A DNA stretch of 64,000 nucleotides, from NCBI GenBank assembly GCA_963667845.2, contig CAXXVL010000002.1, positions 1,984,001 through 2,048,000 on the forward strand, in the 5' to 3' direction. Both the position numbers and the translations under genes were made by a program. This stretch comes from Smithellaceae bacterium (lineage in GTDB: Bacteria; Desulfobacterota; Syntrophia; Syntrophales; Smithellaceae). The notes beneath the pieces are model-generated. The model had not been told where the DNA came from. It ran no database searches and saw only the letters and a program-made list of their open reading frames with translations. Positions 41,692 to 51,935 of the stretch are shown here, one piece after another. Position 1 is the first letter of the stretch, and the number at the start of each line of letters is the position of its first letter.

Positions 41692-42603
41692 ATGACAGGA
41701 GTGCTCATGAACGACAATCTTATTATTCAGGATACGCCGGACCTTGTCGATCCGTACATTCTGATCGGCTTAACCGGCTGGCTGAATGCCGGCGAGATCG
41801 GAACCGGCTGCATCGACTTCCTGCGCCGCAAGCTCAATGCCCGGAAGTTCGCCAGCATTGATTCGAGGCCTTTCCATATCTGGCAGGTTCCGGGCTTTGA
41901 TCCGGCGCAGATCATGAGACCGCATGCCGTAATCGAAGAAGGCGTGGTCAAGACGCTTGCCGAACCCGCCAATGAATTCTCTTTCTGGCAAAGCGGCACC
42001 GGGCACGACCTGATCCTCTTTACGGGTTTCGAACCGAATCTGGGATGGCCGGAGTATGCAGCGGCTATTCTCAGCATTGCCAGACGTTATAAGGCGGCAA
42101 GGATCTATTCCCTGGGCGGCGTTTTCGACCAGGTTCCTCATACCCGGGAGACGAGAACGTTCGCCGTACTGAGCCGTCCCGAGTTGAAGAGCGAATTCAA
42201 ATCATTTCCACTGTTGAATTACGCGGGGCCGTGCAGCTTCTCCGCGATGTTTTTGCACCAGGCAGGCCGAGAGGGTATCGAGGCAGCCGGCATTACGGCC
42301 AGAATCCCGCCGTATATTCAGGGTTTCAATGCCAGGGCAGGCCATGAACTTTTGAAAAAAGTCCTCGCCCTTACGCCGCTTCATATCGATCTTGGCGATC
42401 TCAAGAAATCCGGAGACAACCTGGTTGAAACGATGGACAATGCGTTCGGTCAGAGCGAAACCGCGCGGGAACAACTGCGGAAGCTGGAGGAGATGTACGA
42501 TGCCGCCGTGCTTCAGGAATTCGGTTATACCCCGGGGCAAAATGTTGAAGAACTGATGCAGGAAATGCTGAACATGAAAAAGGACGGCCGAAAACCGCAC
42601 TGA
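41692..42603 (+). CDS. PAC2 (proteasome assembly chaperone) family protein
   Basis: GLTGWLNAGE, LFTGFEP...W, IYSLGG..DQVPHTR, YAGP. Confidence 0.8.
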   Translation: MTGVLMNDNLIIQDTPDLVDPYILIGLTGWLNAGEIGTGCIDFLRRKLNARKFASIDSRPFHIWQVPGFDPAQIMRPHAVIEEGVVKTLAEPANEFSFWQSGTGHDLILFTGFEPNLGWPEYAAAILSIARRYKAARIYSLGGVFDQVPHTRETRTFAVLSRPELKSEFKSFPLLNYAGPCSFSAMFLHQAGREGIEAAGITARIPPYIQGFNARAGHELLKKVLALTPLHIDLGDLKKSGDNLVETMDNAFGQSETAREQLRKLEEMYDAAVLQEFGYTPGQNVEELMQEMLNMKKDGRKPH

Positions 42604-42862
42604 TGCCCGATCCCGAAGGACAGCGCGACGCTGTCAGCTGATTGACGTGAAGCCCGGGGCCGCCCCTGAAAATAAATTTCCGTTTACCGCCTGGATGTTC
42701 GAATCAGGCGGCCGGCAGGGCAGTTTTTCCCGGCCTGTCCGGCCGCGATGATTCACCGCTCCATGCGTGCCGCTTTCTCATCGTTAACCCTCCTTATTTA
42801 TCTTGCCCGAACATATCGGATGTGCTACCCATCCGGCACTTTTATTATGAGGTTCAAACGAT

Positions 42863-44497
42863 ATGATTCATTTCAGCGGCATCTCCAAGCAGCACGGCCC
42901 GCAAATCCTGTTTAAGGATGCCAGCTTCCAGATATTGCCCGGTTCACGAAACGGTCTGGTGGGCCCCAACGGCGCGGGCAAAACCAGCATCTTCCGTCTG
43001 ATTATGGGCGAAGAAGAATTCGATGCCGGAGACATCACGAAAGGCCGCAATATCGTCTGCGGCTACTTTTCCCAGGATGTCGGCGCCATGTCCGGCCGCT
43101 CGGCGCTGGCGGAAGTCATGTCCGCTTCGGAGGCTTTAATACTCCTGGGAGAGCAGATTCAGGAAATGGAAGCGGCCATGGGCGAACCGATGGAAGACGA
43201 CGAAATGGCCGAGCTGCTCACGCGCTACGGCGGCGTTCAATCCGAGTTCGAACATCGCGGCGGCTACGATCTGGAAAGCCGCGCGCAGACGATCCTGACG
43301 GGCCTGGGCATCGGACCTGACGATTATCACCGCCCCGTGGAAACGTTCAGCGGCGGATGGAAAATGCGCATCGCGCTGGCCAAAATCCTGTCCGTCAATC
43401 CCGACGTGCTCCTGCTGGATGAACCCACCAACCATCTGGATGTGGAATCGATTATCTGGCTGGAAGACTGGCTGCAGACTTCGTTTAAAGGCGCGCTTTT
43501 GATGACCAGCCATGACCGCGAATTTCTCAACCGGGTGGTGAACCGCATCATTGAGGTGCAAAATCGCACGATCACGACCTACAGCGGCAATTACGATTTC
43601 TATCTGCGGGAGCGCGAAATCCGCCGCGAGCAGCTTCTGGCCAGTCACCGCCGCCAGCAGGAAATGCTGGCCAAGGAAGAGGACTTCATTGCCCGGTTTG
43701 CGGCGCGGGCCTCCCATGCTTCGCAGGTGCAGTCGCGCATCAAGAAGATCGATAAAATCGAACGCATTGATATTCCGCCCGCCGAGCGCAGCATCAAGTT
43801 TGAATTTGCCGAACCGCCGCGCAGCGGTGACGATGTGGTCAAGCTCGACTCGCTTGGCAAAGTCTGGCCCCGGTCTGACGGAGGCGTCAAATCCGTCTTT
43901 GGGGGCGTTTCCGGCATTATCCGGCGTCAGGAAAAAATTGCCGTCGTCGGCGTCAACGGTGCGGGCAAGTCCACGTTCCTGAAAGTGCTGGCCGGCGAGG
44001 CTGAGCCTTCGGAGGGCAGCCTGAACTTGGGCGCCAACGTTTATCCCGGCTATTTCAGCCAGCATGCCATGGATATCCTGGAGCCGCAGAAAACGGTGCT
44101 CGAAACCATTCAGGACGCCATGCCGCTGGCGCATTTGGGCACGCTTCGCAATCTCTGCGCCGCGTTTCTTTTTCAGGGAGATGATATTCACAAACGGATC
44201 GAAAAATTATCCGGCGGAGAAAAAAGCCGGGTGGTGCTGGCCACGCTGCTGGTGCAGCCAATAAACTTATTGATCCTCGACGAGCCGACCAACCATCTGG
44301 ATATCCAATCCCGGGAAGTATTGCTTAGCGCCTTGCAGAACTTTACCGGCACGGTTGTGCTGGTGAGCCACGACCGCCACTTTCTGCGCTCGATCGTCAG
44401 CCGCGTTTTCGAAATCGATCACGGTGAGATGCGGATCTACAACGGCAGTTACGAATACTACCTGGAAAAAACCTGCCGGGAGCATCGCGCCGCGTGA
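42863..44497 (+). CDS. ABC-F family ATPase
   Basis: Two NBDs (GPNGAGKT/FSGGWKMR/DEPTNHLD and GVNGAGKST/LSGGEKSR); no TM segments. Confidence 0.95.
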   Translation: MIHFSGISKQHGPQILFKDASFQILPGSRNGLVGPNGAGKTSIFRLIMGEEEFDAGDITKGRNIVCGYFSQDVGAMSGRSALAEVMSASEALILLGEQIQEMEAAMGEPMEDDEMAELLTRYGGVQSEFEHRGGYDLESRAQTILTGLGIGPDDYHRPVETFSGGWKMRIALAKILSVNPDVLLLDEPTNHLDVESIIWLEDWLQTSFKGALLMTSHDREFLNRVVNRIIEVQNRTITTYSGNYDFYLREREIRREQLLASHRRQQEMLAKEEDFIARFAARASHASQVQSRIKKIDKIERIDIPPAERSIKFEFAEPPRSGDDVVKLDSLGKVWPRSDGGVKSVFGGVSGIIRRQEKIAVVGVNGAGKSTFLKVLAGEAEPSEGSLNLGANVYPGYFSQHAMDILEPQKTVLETIQDAMPLAHLGTLRNLCAAFLFQGDDIHKRIEKLSGGEKSRVVLATLLVQPINLLILDEPTNHLDIQSREVLLSALQNFTGTVVLVSHDRHFLRSIVSRVFEIDHGEMRIYNGSYEYYLEKTCREHRAA

Positions 44498-44764
44498 CGC
44501 TCTCCCTTCGCGGCTGTCCGCAGCACTGAGCGGACGCGCCTGGACTTTCATTATTTTTTGTTCGCCAAACCAAAAATGCCTGACTGTGAATCGCAGGCAA
44601 ACAATAATCACCCAGGAGATGAAAGCAACGATTCTATATGCTGAGGTGCAGGATTGTCTCCTTCGTCCATGAATGTGCCGGCGCCCCTGTACCATGCCTC
44701 GCCCTTGATTTATTTTTAATGTGAACTTATATTGAGGGTGAAAGACAAATCAAAGGAAAATGTG

Positions 44765-45058
44765 ATGATTGAGATCGCGATAACTCAAAAAGCGAAAACC
44801 AAACTTCTCCAGGTGCTCGGTCGAGCCGGCGTCAAGTCCGTCCGGCTGGTTCAGCAGGGCTTTGGCTGAATCGGGCCCAGGCTGGCAATGGTTCTGGATG
44901 AACCAGGAGAAGATGATGAAATTGTGAGCATTGAAGGCATCGACTTTGCTTATAATAAGAACGAAAAAGATCTATTCAATCAGACGTCGATCGACTATAA
45001 AGATTTCTGGTTTGGCGAAGGATTTGCAGTCTGCTCTCCGGCCTCCGAGCCCTGTTGA
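44765..45058 (+). CDS. HesB/IscA-like selenoprotein (97 aa; in-frame TGA at 44867 read as Sec35)
   Basis: MIEIAITQKAK...VRLVQQGFG-TGA-IGPRLAMVLDEP...IDYKDFWFGEGF...PC*; RBS AAGGA; hairpin after the TGA. Confidence 0.85.
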
Positions 45059-45227
45059 AAGATGATCTCTCTTCCGGCACTATTTTGCGCCGCAAAACAA
45101 GAAAATAATTTTAGAAAAAGAACGGCGAGAGAGCAGGCATTACCTGGAGTCCTTATTCATTCTACTTCAGGCTGCAAATACTGTATGGTGAATAGAGACA
45201 TAAAAATAACAGGAAAACAGGACAACG

Positions 45228-47477
45228 ATGGACCATCTGAATTTGCTGCTCGACATCGGCCAGCTGGACTGGGTATTTAGAGGCAGCTCCAGCATTGAGA
45301 AGCTGCTCAACAATATCGTCGTCATGGTGGCCAGGCATATGCGGGCGGATGTCTGCTCCATTTATATTTTCGATGACGCGACAGGGGATTTGGTCCTGAG
45401 GGCAAACACCGGTTTTAAGCCGCATCTCATCGGGAAGATAAGACTCAAGCCCGGGGAGGGCATTGCCGGCAGCGTTTTCCAGAAAAACGAGCCGGTTTTT
45501 ATCGCCGACGGTTTCCAGCATCCGAACTTTCGCTATTTTAAGGCGACCGGGGAAGAGCGCTATAAGTCATTTTTATCGGTCCCGATCGTCAGCGGCTCGA
45601 ACCCCGTGGGCGTCATCATGCTGCAGCGGCAGCACAACAACCTGTTTGAAGATAATGACGTAAAGGCGCTGCAAATCGTTGCCTCCCAGCTGGCCATCGT
45701 GCTGGAGAATATAAAAATCATCATTTCCTTAAGACATGCGGTGCCCGGAGACGGGCTGCGCGGGAAAAAGGAACAACTCGGCGGGCTGTTTCTGCGAGGG
45801 AAGGCGGCTTCCCGGGGCTATGCTTACGCGAAAGCAACACTGGCATTCGGTGCTGTGCGGTTCAACGATCTGGCGGGACAGACCTTCGGAAAGAAATACG
45901 GGCTTGCCGATCTGCAAAAAGCACTGGCAAAAACGAGGAAGGAACTGACGGCCCTGCAGAAGGCGGTGGAGCACAAGCTCAGCGACGCCGCCTCCATGAT
46001 ATTCACTTCGCACCTGCTCATCCTGAAAGATGAAAGTTTTATCTCGGCCATGACCCTGTCCGTGAAGAGGGGCAGAAATGCGCCGGACGCGGTGATTGCG
46101 GCGGCGCAGAAATACATCACGCTGTTTTCGGCAAGTCCCGATCCGTATATCAGAGAGAAGGTTCACGATATCGAGGATCTGGTAACAAGAATCGTCAGGA
46201 ATCTCGCCGGGAAAGAGGCGAAGCTGCCGCCGGTACGCAACCGGGTGGTCATTGCGACCGACCTGTACCCGTCCGACCTGCTGAAACTGTCGTCGGAAGG
46301 GGTGAAGGGCATTATACTCCTGAGCGGCGGGGTCACCTCGCACGTCTCCATCCTGGCCCGCTCTCTGGATATTCCCATGGTCATCGTCAATGATCCGGCG
46401 GCGAACCAGATCTCCGACGGTGACCGCATTCTCATCAATGCCGAGCTCGGCAGCGTGTTCATCAATCCGGCAGAGGATATCGTCAGGGAGTTCAAAGACC
46501 GCATCGATCGCCCCGGGACGCTGAAAGCGCCTCCCGTCATGGACAAGATCACGCGGACAAAAGACGGCACGCGCATCGGGCTCATGGCCAACGTCAATCT
46601 GCTCAAAGACCTCGACACGCTCCGGGTGCTGTCTTGTGACGGAATCGGGCTGTACCGTTCCGAGTTCCCGTTCATCATCCGGAAGAATTTCCCGACCGAA
46701 GAAGAGCAATTCTTCGTTTACCGAAAACTGGTCACGGGCGCTCCCTCCAAAGATATCACGTTTCGCACGCTGGACATCGGCGGCGATAAGACGCCCGCTT
46801 ATCTGGATTCGGCAAAAGAGGAAAATCCTTTTCTGGGGCTTCGGTCCATCCGGTTTTCATTCAAGCATCGGGACGTCTTTACCCAGCAGGTGAGAGCCAT
46901 TCTGCGCGCCGGTGCGGACTGCGACCTGAAGATCATGTTTCCCATGATTTTTTCTCTCGACGAGTTCCTGCAGGCCAGAGACCTTGTGAGTCAGTGTGCC
47001 GACGACCTGCAAAAAGCGGGCGCCGTTTTCCACGGCCATCCGCAGATCGGAATGATGGTTGAAGTTCCGGCGGCCGTCGGGGTGATTGAGGAATTCGCCG
47101 AGGTCGTCGATTTCTTTTCCATCGGAACCAATGATCTCGTTCAGTATATGCTGGCCGTTGACCGCACGAACGAAGATGTCGCCGAGTATTATATTCCGCA
47201 TCACCCGGCGGTCCTGCGCGCCATTAAAAGGGTTGCCGACGCCGCCCGTGCCCGCGGAAAAGACGTATCGGTTTGCGGGGACATGGCCAATTCCGCCGCC
47301 TACCTGCCGTTCCTGATCGGCTGCGGCATCCGCACGGTGAGTATGAATGCCATGTATCTGGCGGAAAACCAGAAAATCATCTCCGGAATTGATGTGGAGA
47401 AAGCCGAAGTGCTTGCGGAGCGCCTCCTGGCAATGGCGACGATCAGCGGCATCGAAAAGGAATTATTTTCTTCCTGA
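45228..47477 (+). CDS. ptsP: PEP-protein phosphotransferase with GAF domain (EI-Ntr)
   Basis: N-terminal GAF (ADVCSIYIFD, GEGIAG), GGVTSH, GIGLYRSEF, RTLDIGGDK, SIGTNDL, VCGDMA. Confidence 0.93.
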   Translation: MDHLNLLLDIGQLDWVFRGSSSIEKLLNNIVVMVARHMRADVCSIYIFDDATGDLVLRANTGFKPHLIGKIRLKPGEGIAGSVFQKNEPVFIADGFQHPNFRYFKATGEERYKSFLSVPIVSGSNPVGVIMLQRQHNNLFEDNDVKALQIVASQLAIVLENIKIIISLRHAVPGDGLRGKKEQLGGLFLRGKAASRGYAYAKATLAFGAVRFNDLAGQTFGKKYGLADLQKALAKTRKELTALQKAVEHKLSDAASMIFTSHLLILKDESFISAMTLSVKRGRNAPDAVIAAAQKYITLFSASPDPYIREKVHDIEDLVTRIVRNLAGKEAKLPPVRNRVVIATDLYPSDLLKLSSEGVKGIILLSGGVTSHVSILARSLDIPMVIVNDPAANQISDGDRILINAELGSVFINPAEDIVREFKDRIDRPGTLKAPPVMDKITRTKDGTRIGLMANVNLLKDLDTLRVLSCDGIGLYRSEFPFIIRKNFPTEEEQFFVYRKLVTGAPSKDITFRTLDIGGDKTPAYLDSAKEENPFLGLRSIRFSFKHRDVFTQQVRAILRAGADCDLKIMFPMIFSLDEFLQARDLVSQCADDLQKAGAVFHGHPQIGMMVEVPAAVGVIEEFAEVVDFFSIGTNDLVQYMLAVDRTNEDVAEYYIPHHPAVLRAIKRVADAARARGKDVSVCGDMANSAAYLPFLIGCGIRTVSMNAMYLAENQKIISGIDVEKAEVLAERLLAMATISGIEKELFSS

Positions 47478-47618
47478 CCGGAAGGAGTGCTCCGTACCGG
47501 GGTCCGTTCACCCCTTTCTTTTTTCATCCGTATCTGCCTATAAATGAAACGACAGGGCCGTAATGCAATGATCCGCGCCCTGATAAATTATGGAACAAAG
47601 GGTTAAAGGAGAAACATC

Positions 47619-47960
47619 ATGAAACTGATCATAGCCATCGTGCAAGCGGATAAGAAGAAGGTGGTCAAAGATGCCCTGCGCGACGTCAAGGTAGGCAAAA
47701 TTACCGTGTCCAACGTGGTCGGCTGCGGCGCCCAGGTGGGAAAAACAGACACCAGCGACGGGGCCATCACCGACGGAGACCTTCTGCCCCGGGTGCGTTT
47801 TGAAATTGCCGTCAACGATGACTACGCCCGGCCGACCGTGGAAGCCATCATTAAAGGCGCGCGCACCGGCAATATCGGCGACGGTAAAATATTTGTCGTT
47901 CCCCTGGAAGAGTGCATCCGGATCCGCACAGGCGAAATGGGCCGTCTGGCGATCGGATGA
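47619..47960 (+). CDS. P-II family protein with divergent T-loop
   Basis: ARTGNIGDGKIFV, CIRIRTGE. Confidence 0.88.
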   Translation: MKLIIAIVQADKKKVVKDALRDVKVGKITVSNVVGCGAQVGKTDTSDGAITDGDLLPRVRFEIAVNDDYARPTVEAIIKGARTGNIGDGKIFVVPLEECIRIRTGEMGRLAIG

Positions 47961-48054
47961 TCGGCGTGGCGGACTGAAGCGGATAATCAAGGTGAGGAAG
48001 CGCAAACATCGACGCCGCTTTTCCGGGCGTTCAGAATTTTTGCAGGGATAGGAT

Positions 48055-48744
48055 ATGCGCGCGCACTTCTTACAACATGTTGAGTTTGAAGGTCTGGGCA
48101 GCATTGCGAACTGGCTCACGAAAGGCGGGTATGAAATCACCTGTACCCGTTTCTTTGACCGGGCGGAGCTCCCGGATCCCGAAGCGATCGACCTGCTCAT
48201 CATCATGGGTGGTCCGATGAGCGTCAATGACGAAGCGGAGTTTCCCTGGCTTGTCGCCGAAAAGCGGTTCATCCGGGAAGCCATTGATTCGGCGGTTCCG
48301 GTCCTGGGCGTTTGTCTGGGCGCACAGCTTATTGCCGCGGCCGCAGGGGCCAGGGTGTATCGCAATCCCGTAAGGGAGATCGGCTGGTTTCCCGTTTACT
48401 CAATTCCAGCAAACGACAGTTCCGTGTTTCAGTTTCCGCCGCAGGTAAAAGTCTTTCACTGGCACGGCGAAACATTCGACTTGCCTGAGCGAGCAATCCG
48501 CATCGCGAAAGGTGATAAATGTGAGAATCAGGCGTTTCAACTGGGCCGGTCGGTTATCGGTTTGCAGTTTCACCTGGAAACTACACCGGATACGGCAGCT
48601 GAATTAGTCTCCAATTGCGGCGACGAACTGACGCCATCGCCGTCTGTCCAGACTGCGGAAGAAATTCTGCAGGCCGGCCCCGAGCGGTATCAAGCCATCC
48701 ATCAGTTGATGGACGATGTCCTCTCGTTTCTCGTCCGGAAATAA
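48055..48744 (+). CDS. Class I glutamine amidotransferase (GMP-synthase-like)
   Basis: MGGPMSV, GVCLGAQL, HWHGETF, LQFHLE. Confidence 0.9.
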   Translation: MRAHFLQHVEFEGLGSIANWLTKGGYEITCTRFFDRAELPDPEAIDLLIIMGGPMSVNDEAEFPWLVAEKRFIREAIDSAVPVLGVCLGAQLIAAAAGARVYRNPVREIGWFPVYSIPANDSSVFQFPPQVKVFHWHGETFDLPERAIRIAKGDKCENQAFQLGRSVIGLQFHLETTPDTAAELVSNCGDELTPSPSVQTAEEILQAGPERYQAIHQLMDDVLSFLVRK

Positions 48745-48754
48745 AGTGTGACGA

Positions 48755-49132
48755 TTACTCTTTTCTCTTTTCGTCAATATCCCCCGGATACATCATCGCG
48801 CCCGGACCCCGCTCGCGCGTCCGGACACGGATGACATCCTCAACCGGCGTAACAAAAATAATGCCGTCGCCCGTCTCACCCGTGTAGGCTGATTTGAGAA
48901 TCGCTTCGAGGGCGGCATCCAGGTTACGGCTGTTTAAAACGATATTGATTTGTATCTTGGGCAGCATGTTGACCTGGTAGGTTCCGGCGCGTCCGACGAG
49001 TTGAACGCCTCCCTGGCGGCCGTGGCCCCGGACCTCAAACGTGTTCATGCCCACAATTCCTATCTCTTTAAGAGCGTCGATAACATCATTTACTTTATCT
49101 TCGCGAATAATCGCCTCGATTTTTTTCAGCAT
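48755..49132 (-). CDS. P-II family nitrogen regulator
   Basis: KKIEAIIR, EVRGHGRQ, TGETGDGIIFV, IRVRTRE; downstream of the second amt. Confidence 0.92.
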   Translation of the reverse strand: MLKKIEAIIREDKVNDVIDALKEIGIVGMNTFEVRGHGRQGGVQLVGRAGTYQVNMLPKIQINIVLNSRNLDAALEAILKSAYTGETGDGIIFVTPVEDVIRVRTRERGPGAMMYPGDIDEKRKE

Positions 49133-49193
49133 GGTAAAATCTCCAATTCAAAAAAATTCAATGCCCCGTCGGGCCGCACAGGAATCCCGCGGT

Positions 49194-50420
49194 CTAGGAG
49201 TATGATCTTTCTCCGTGGGAGCTGATATCCAGCCCCACGTCTTCTTCGATCGGACTGACCCGCAATCCGATGCTCATATTGAGCAGCTTGGCCAGTATAT
49301 AGGTTACCCCGAAAGAAAAAACGATGGTGACGATCACCGCCACGATCTGAATGCCGAGTTGGGCGGGATTGCCGAAAAACAAGCCGTTGGCCCCGTCGGC
49401 GTTCACGGCCACGGTAGCAAATAATCCCGTAGCGATTGTGCCCCAGAGGCTGCCCATGCCATGACAGGCCCAGACATCCAGGGATTCATCCAGCTTGCGC
49501 TGCTCCCGAAAGCGCATCGCATAATAAGCAAGGGGTGCGGACACGGCCCCGATAACCATCGCCGCCAGAGGGGTGACAAACCCGCAGGCCGGCGTCACCG
49601 CGGCCAGACCGACGACCATTCCCGTGGCGATTCCCAGAGTGCTCGGCCGGCCGTCGAGCCATGTAAGAAGCATCCAGACGATTCCCGCGGTTGCCGCCGA
49701 GGTGTTGGTTGTTACCAGCGCGTTTACCGCCACGCCGTTTGCGCCCAGCGCGCTGCCGGCATTAAAGCCGAACCAGCCGACCCACAAAAGCCCGGTTCCC
49801 AAAACCGTGAGCGGAATATTATTCGGCTCCATCGGAGAGTTGCCGTGGCCCTTGCGCGGGCCGATGACCAGAGCAAACGCCAGCGCCGAAAACCCGGCGG
49901 CGATATGCACAACCGTCCCGCCGGCAAAATCGAGGACGCCCATTTCTTTCAGCCAACCTCCTTGTCCCCAGACCCAGTGGCAAAGCGGGTCATAGACCAA
50001 AGTCGCCCACAGCAGGCTGAAAAGCAGAAAGCTTTTGAATTTTACCCTCTCGACAAAAGCGCCCGTAATCAGCGCGGGCGTAATGACCGCAAACATCATT
50101 TGAAACGCGGCAAAAAGTTCATGGGGAATGGTCTTGGCGTAGACGGGATTCGGCGCCGCGCCGACTCCCAGGAAGCCGAGGAAATCCAATCCGCCGATCA
50201 ACCCCTTGATATCCGGACCGAAGGAAAGTGAATAGCCGTAGAGCACCCACTGAACTCCGATGAGCGACATGAAGATGTAGCTCAGCGTCAGGGTAGAAAG
50301 AACATTCTTTCTCCGGACCATGCCGCCGTAAAAAAACGCCAGGGCCGGCGTCATCAAAAGAACGAGGGAACAACACACCAGGATCCAGGCAGTATCGCCC
50401 GCACTGATTTCAGCACCCAT
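49194..50420 (-). CDS. amtB: Ammonium transporter (copy 2)
   Basis: AGDTAW, FYGGMVRRKN, DFAGGTVVH, LWVGWFGFNAGS, DESLDVWACHG. Confidence 0.96.
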   Translation of the reverse strand: MGAEISAGDTAWILVCCSLVLLMTPALAFFYGGMVRRKNVLSTLTLSYIFMSLIGVQWVLYGYSLSFGPDIKGLIGGLDFLGFLGVGAAPNPVYAKTIPHELFAAFQMMFAVITPALITGAFVERVKFKSFLLFSLLWATLVYDPLCHWVWGQGGWLKEMGVLDFAGGTVVHIAAGFSALAFALVIGPRKGHGNSPMEPNNIPLTVLGTGLLWVGWFGFNAGSALGANGVAVNALVTTNTSAATAGIVWMLLTWLDGRPSTLGIATGMVVGLAAVTPACGFVTPLAAMVIGAVSAPLAYYAMRFREQRKLDESLDVWACHGMGSLWGTIATGLFATVAVNADGANGLFFGNPAQLGIQIVAVIVTIVFSFGVTYILAKLLNMSIGLRVSPIEEDVGLDISSHGERSYS

Positions 50421-50462
50421 ATATTTTCTTCCTCCAGATTGTATATTGAGTTATGTCCTAGA

Positions 50463-50477
50463 GCAATTACCTTGCCA
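50463..50477 (-). promoter_or_regulatory. Sigma54 promoter of the second amt operon
   Basis: Minus strand TGGCAAGGTAATTGC, GG-N10-GC. Confidence 0.8.
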
Positions 50478-50834
50478 TAATAGGTGGGCCATTAAATACA
50501 ATAGGTTACGATATTCAGAGCATCGCCGCAGCGTGCATATTTGTGCGCTTTGCAAAAAGACATGACATATTTGTGCCGATTTCAGAGATGATTGTCATTG
50601 AAAATCATTTGAGTTCTTCAAGAGAATGTAAATTGATTCAATTACGTTCTTTTTTGCTGTTGTCCGGATCGAGCGGCTACGCGGCATTGCTGTTGCTGCC
50701 GCGTCCTCAACCGCCATATTGTCCTGCAAATTCCTCTGCGGCCGGGAAGGTGGCACAATATTGTTCGGAACCGCATAATCATCAACTGCCCAATAAATAA
50801 ATCATTACGGCAACTAATGGGTGATCAGCGGTCC

Positions 50835-50850
50835 CGGCATCATCTTTGCA
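50835..50850 (+). promoter_or_regulatory. Sigma54 promoter upstream of the degenerate P-II
   Basis: CGGCATCATCTTTGCA, GG-N10-GC; nearly identical to the 38406 promoter. Confidence 0.65.
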
Positions 50851-50974
50851 ATCAATTTCAGAAGAATGCCTGAGGGCGAATCGGGAAGACAGCCCTGAGA
50901 TTGACGAATGGCGCGTTGATCTTCTGACTGAAAAGACCGAAATTGGTTTAAGGAAGACTGAAGTGGAATGAGCC

Positions 50975-51259
50975 ATGAGATTTATTACCGCAATCATCCA
51001 GCCGCAGAGACTGGAAGCCGTTAAAAAAGAGCTTGCAACCGTAGATCTGAATTTGATGACGGTGACGAGCGTTATCGGGCCCAAACGGCCTAAAAATATT
51101 GCCGGGAATCACGGCGGTGCCGAGTTCATGAGCGACCCCGTAGACAAAATCCGGCTCGACATTACCATCAGCGAAGACTTCGTCGAATCAACGATTGAGG
51201 CGATTGTCAAAGGCGCGCATCTCGATGACATGGGCTGCGACCAGATATTTGTCTTCTAA
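50975..51259 (+). CDS. Truncated/degenerate P-II-like protein (94 aa; possibly a pseudogene)
   Basis: Paralog of 39714 (AIIQP..LEAVKKEL..V..NLMTV; EDFVESTIEAIVKGAH); B-loop altered and C-terminal RxR lost. Confidence 0.7.
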   Translation: MRFITAIIQPQRLEAVKKELATVDLNLMTVTSVIGPKRPKNIAGNHGGAEFMSDPVDKIRLDITISEDFVESTIEAIVKGAHLDDMGCDQIFVF

Positions 51260-51501
51260 CTTTTCCATTGCGAAAAGATGATGATCGATCGGGCTGTGTA
51301 AAAGCGCAGGCGACGGACAGGCCGTTGGCAGGCTCTAAGGCGGATTCCTGATCCGCAAGGGTCAATCGATAGAGGTGGTTGATAATAATTTTGAAGTAAT
51401 CAAATTGTAGAAAAATGGCCGCGATGGGACTTCGCTTGCGCGGCCATGCGGGAATAGAATGAAAGTGCCAGATCGCTTTTTCCCGAGTTAGTCATTTCTG
51501 C

Positions 51502-51575
51502 TGAGGGGTCGTCTAATGGCAGGACAACAGGTTCTGGCCCTGTGAATCGAGGTTCGAGCCCTTGCCCCTCAGCCA
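51502..51575 (+). tRNA. tRNA-Gln(CTG)
   Basis: Acceptor stem TGAGGGG/CCCCTCA, anticodon arm ACAGG-TTCTGGC-CCTGT, GGTTCGAG, encoded CCA. Confidence 0.96.
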
Positions 51576-51887
51576 TTTCTTTCCTTTCGCTTTCCTGCAT
51601 CATAAAGGGTCGAGCCGTTTTAGCGAGATCACCTCCAGAGATTTCGCAATCGTTTCCAGTTCACCAGATGATCCATTCAGACTTGGCAATTTTCCCTGCG
51701 TCCACGCTTAAGGCTCGGCTTGGCGGACATTCCGTCACTCAGGTCGCAGCATTCCAACCCTTAACACTCCCGTTGACCGATTATCAGCAGATGCCAATAG
51801 AGGTCAGCGGACCCAATTGCTTCTTCGGACGCAGTCTCTTTGCGGGACGGTTGCCGTAATTCATACAAAATCATCGGGAAAAAGAAT

Positions 51888-51933
51888 TTGACAAAAGAAT
51901 GAGAGCTGTTTATATAATACCCCCAGGGGGTAT
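51888..51933 (+). promoter_or_regulatory. Sigma70 promoter with CsoR/CstR-type operator
   Basis: TTGACA at 51888, TATAAT at 51913; palindrome ATACCCCC-A-GGGGGTAT at 51917-51933. Confidence 0.8.
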
Positions 51934-51935
51934 AT

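Noticed and set aside
51600..51700. Minus-strand fragment GELETIAKSLEVISLK resembling an XRE HTH tail
   Set aside because: Too short, with no start or upstream helix; could be chance
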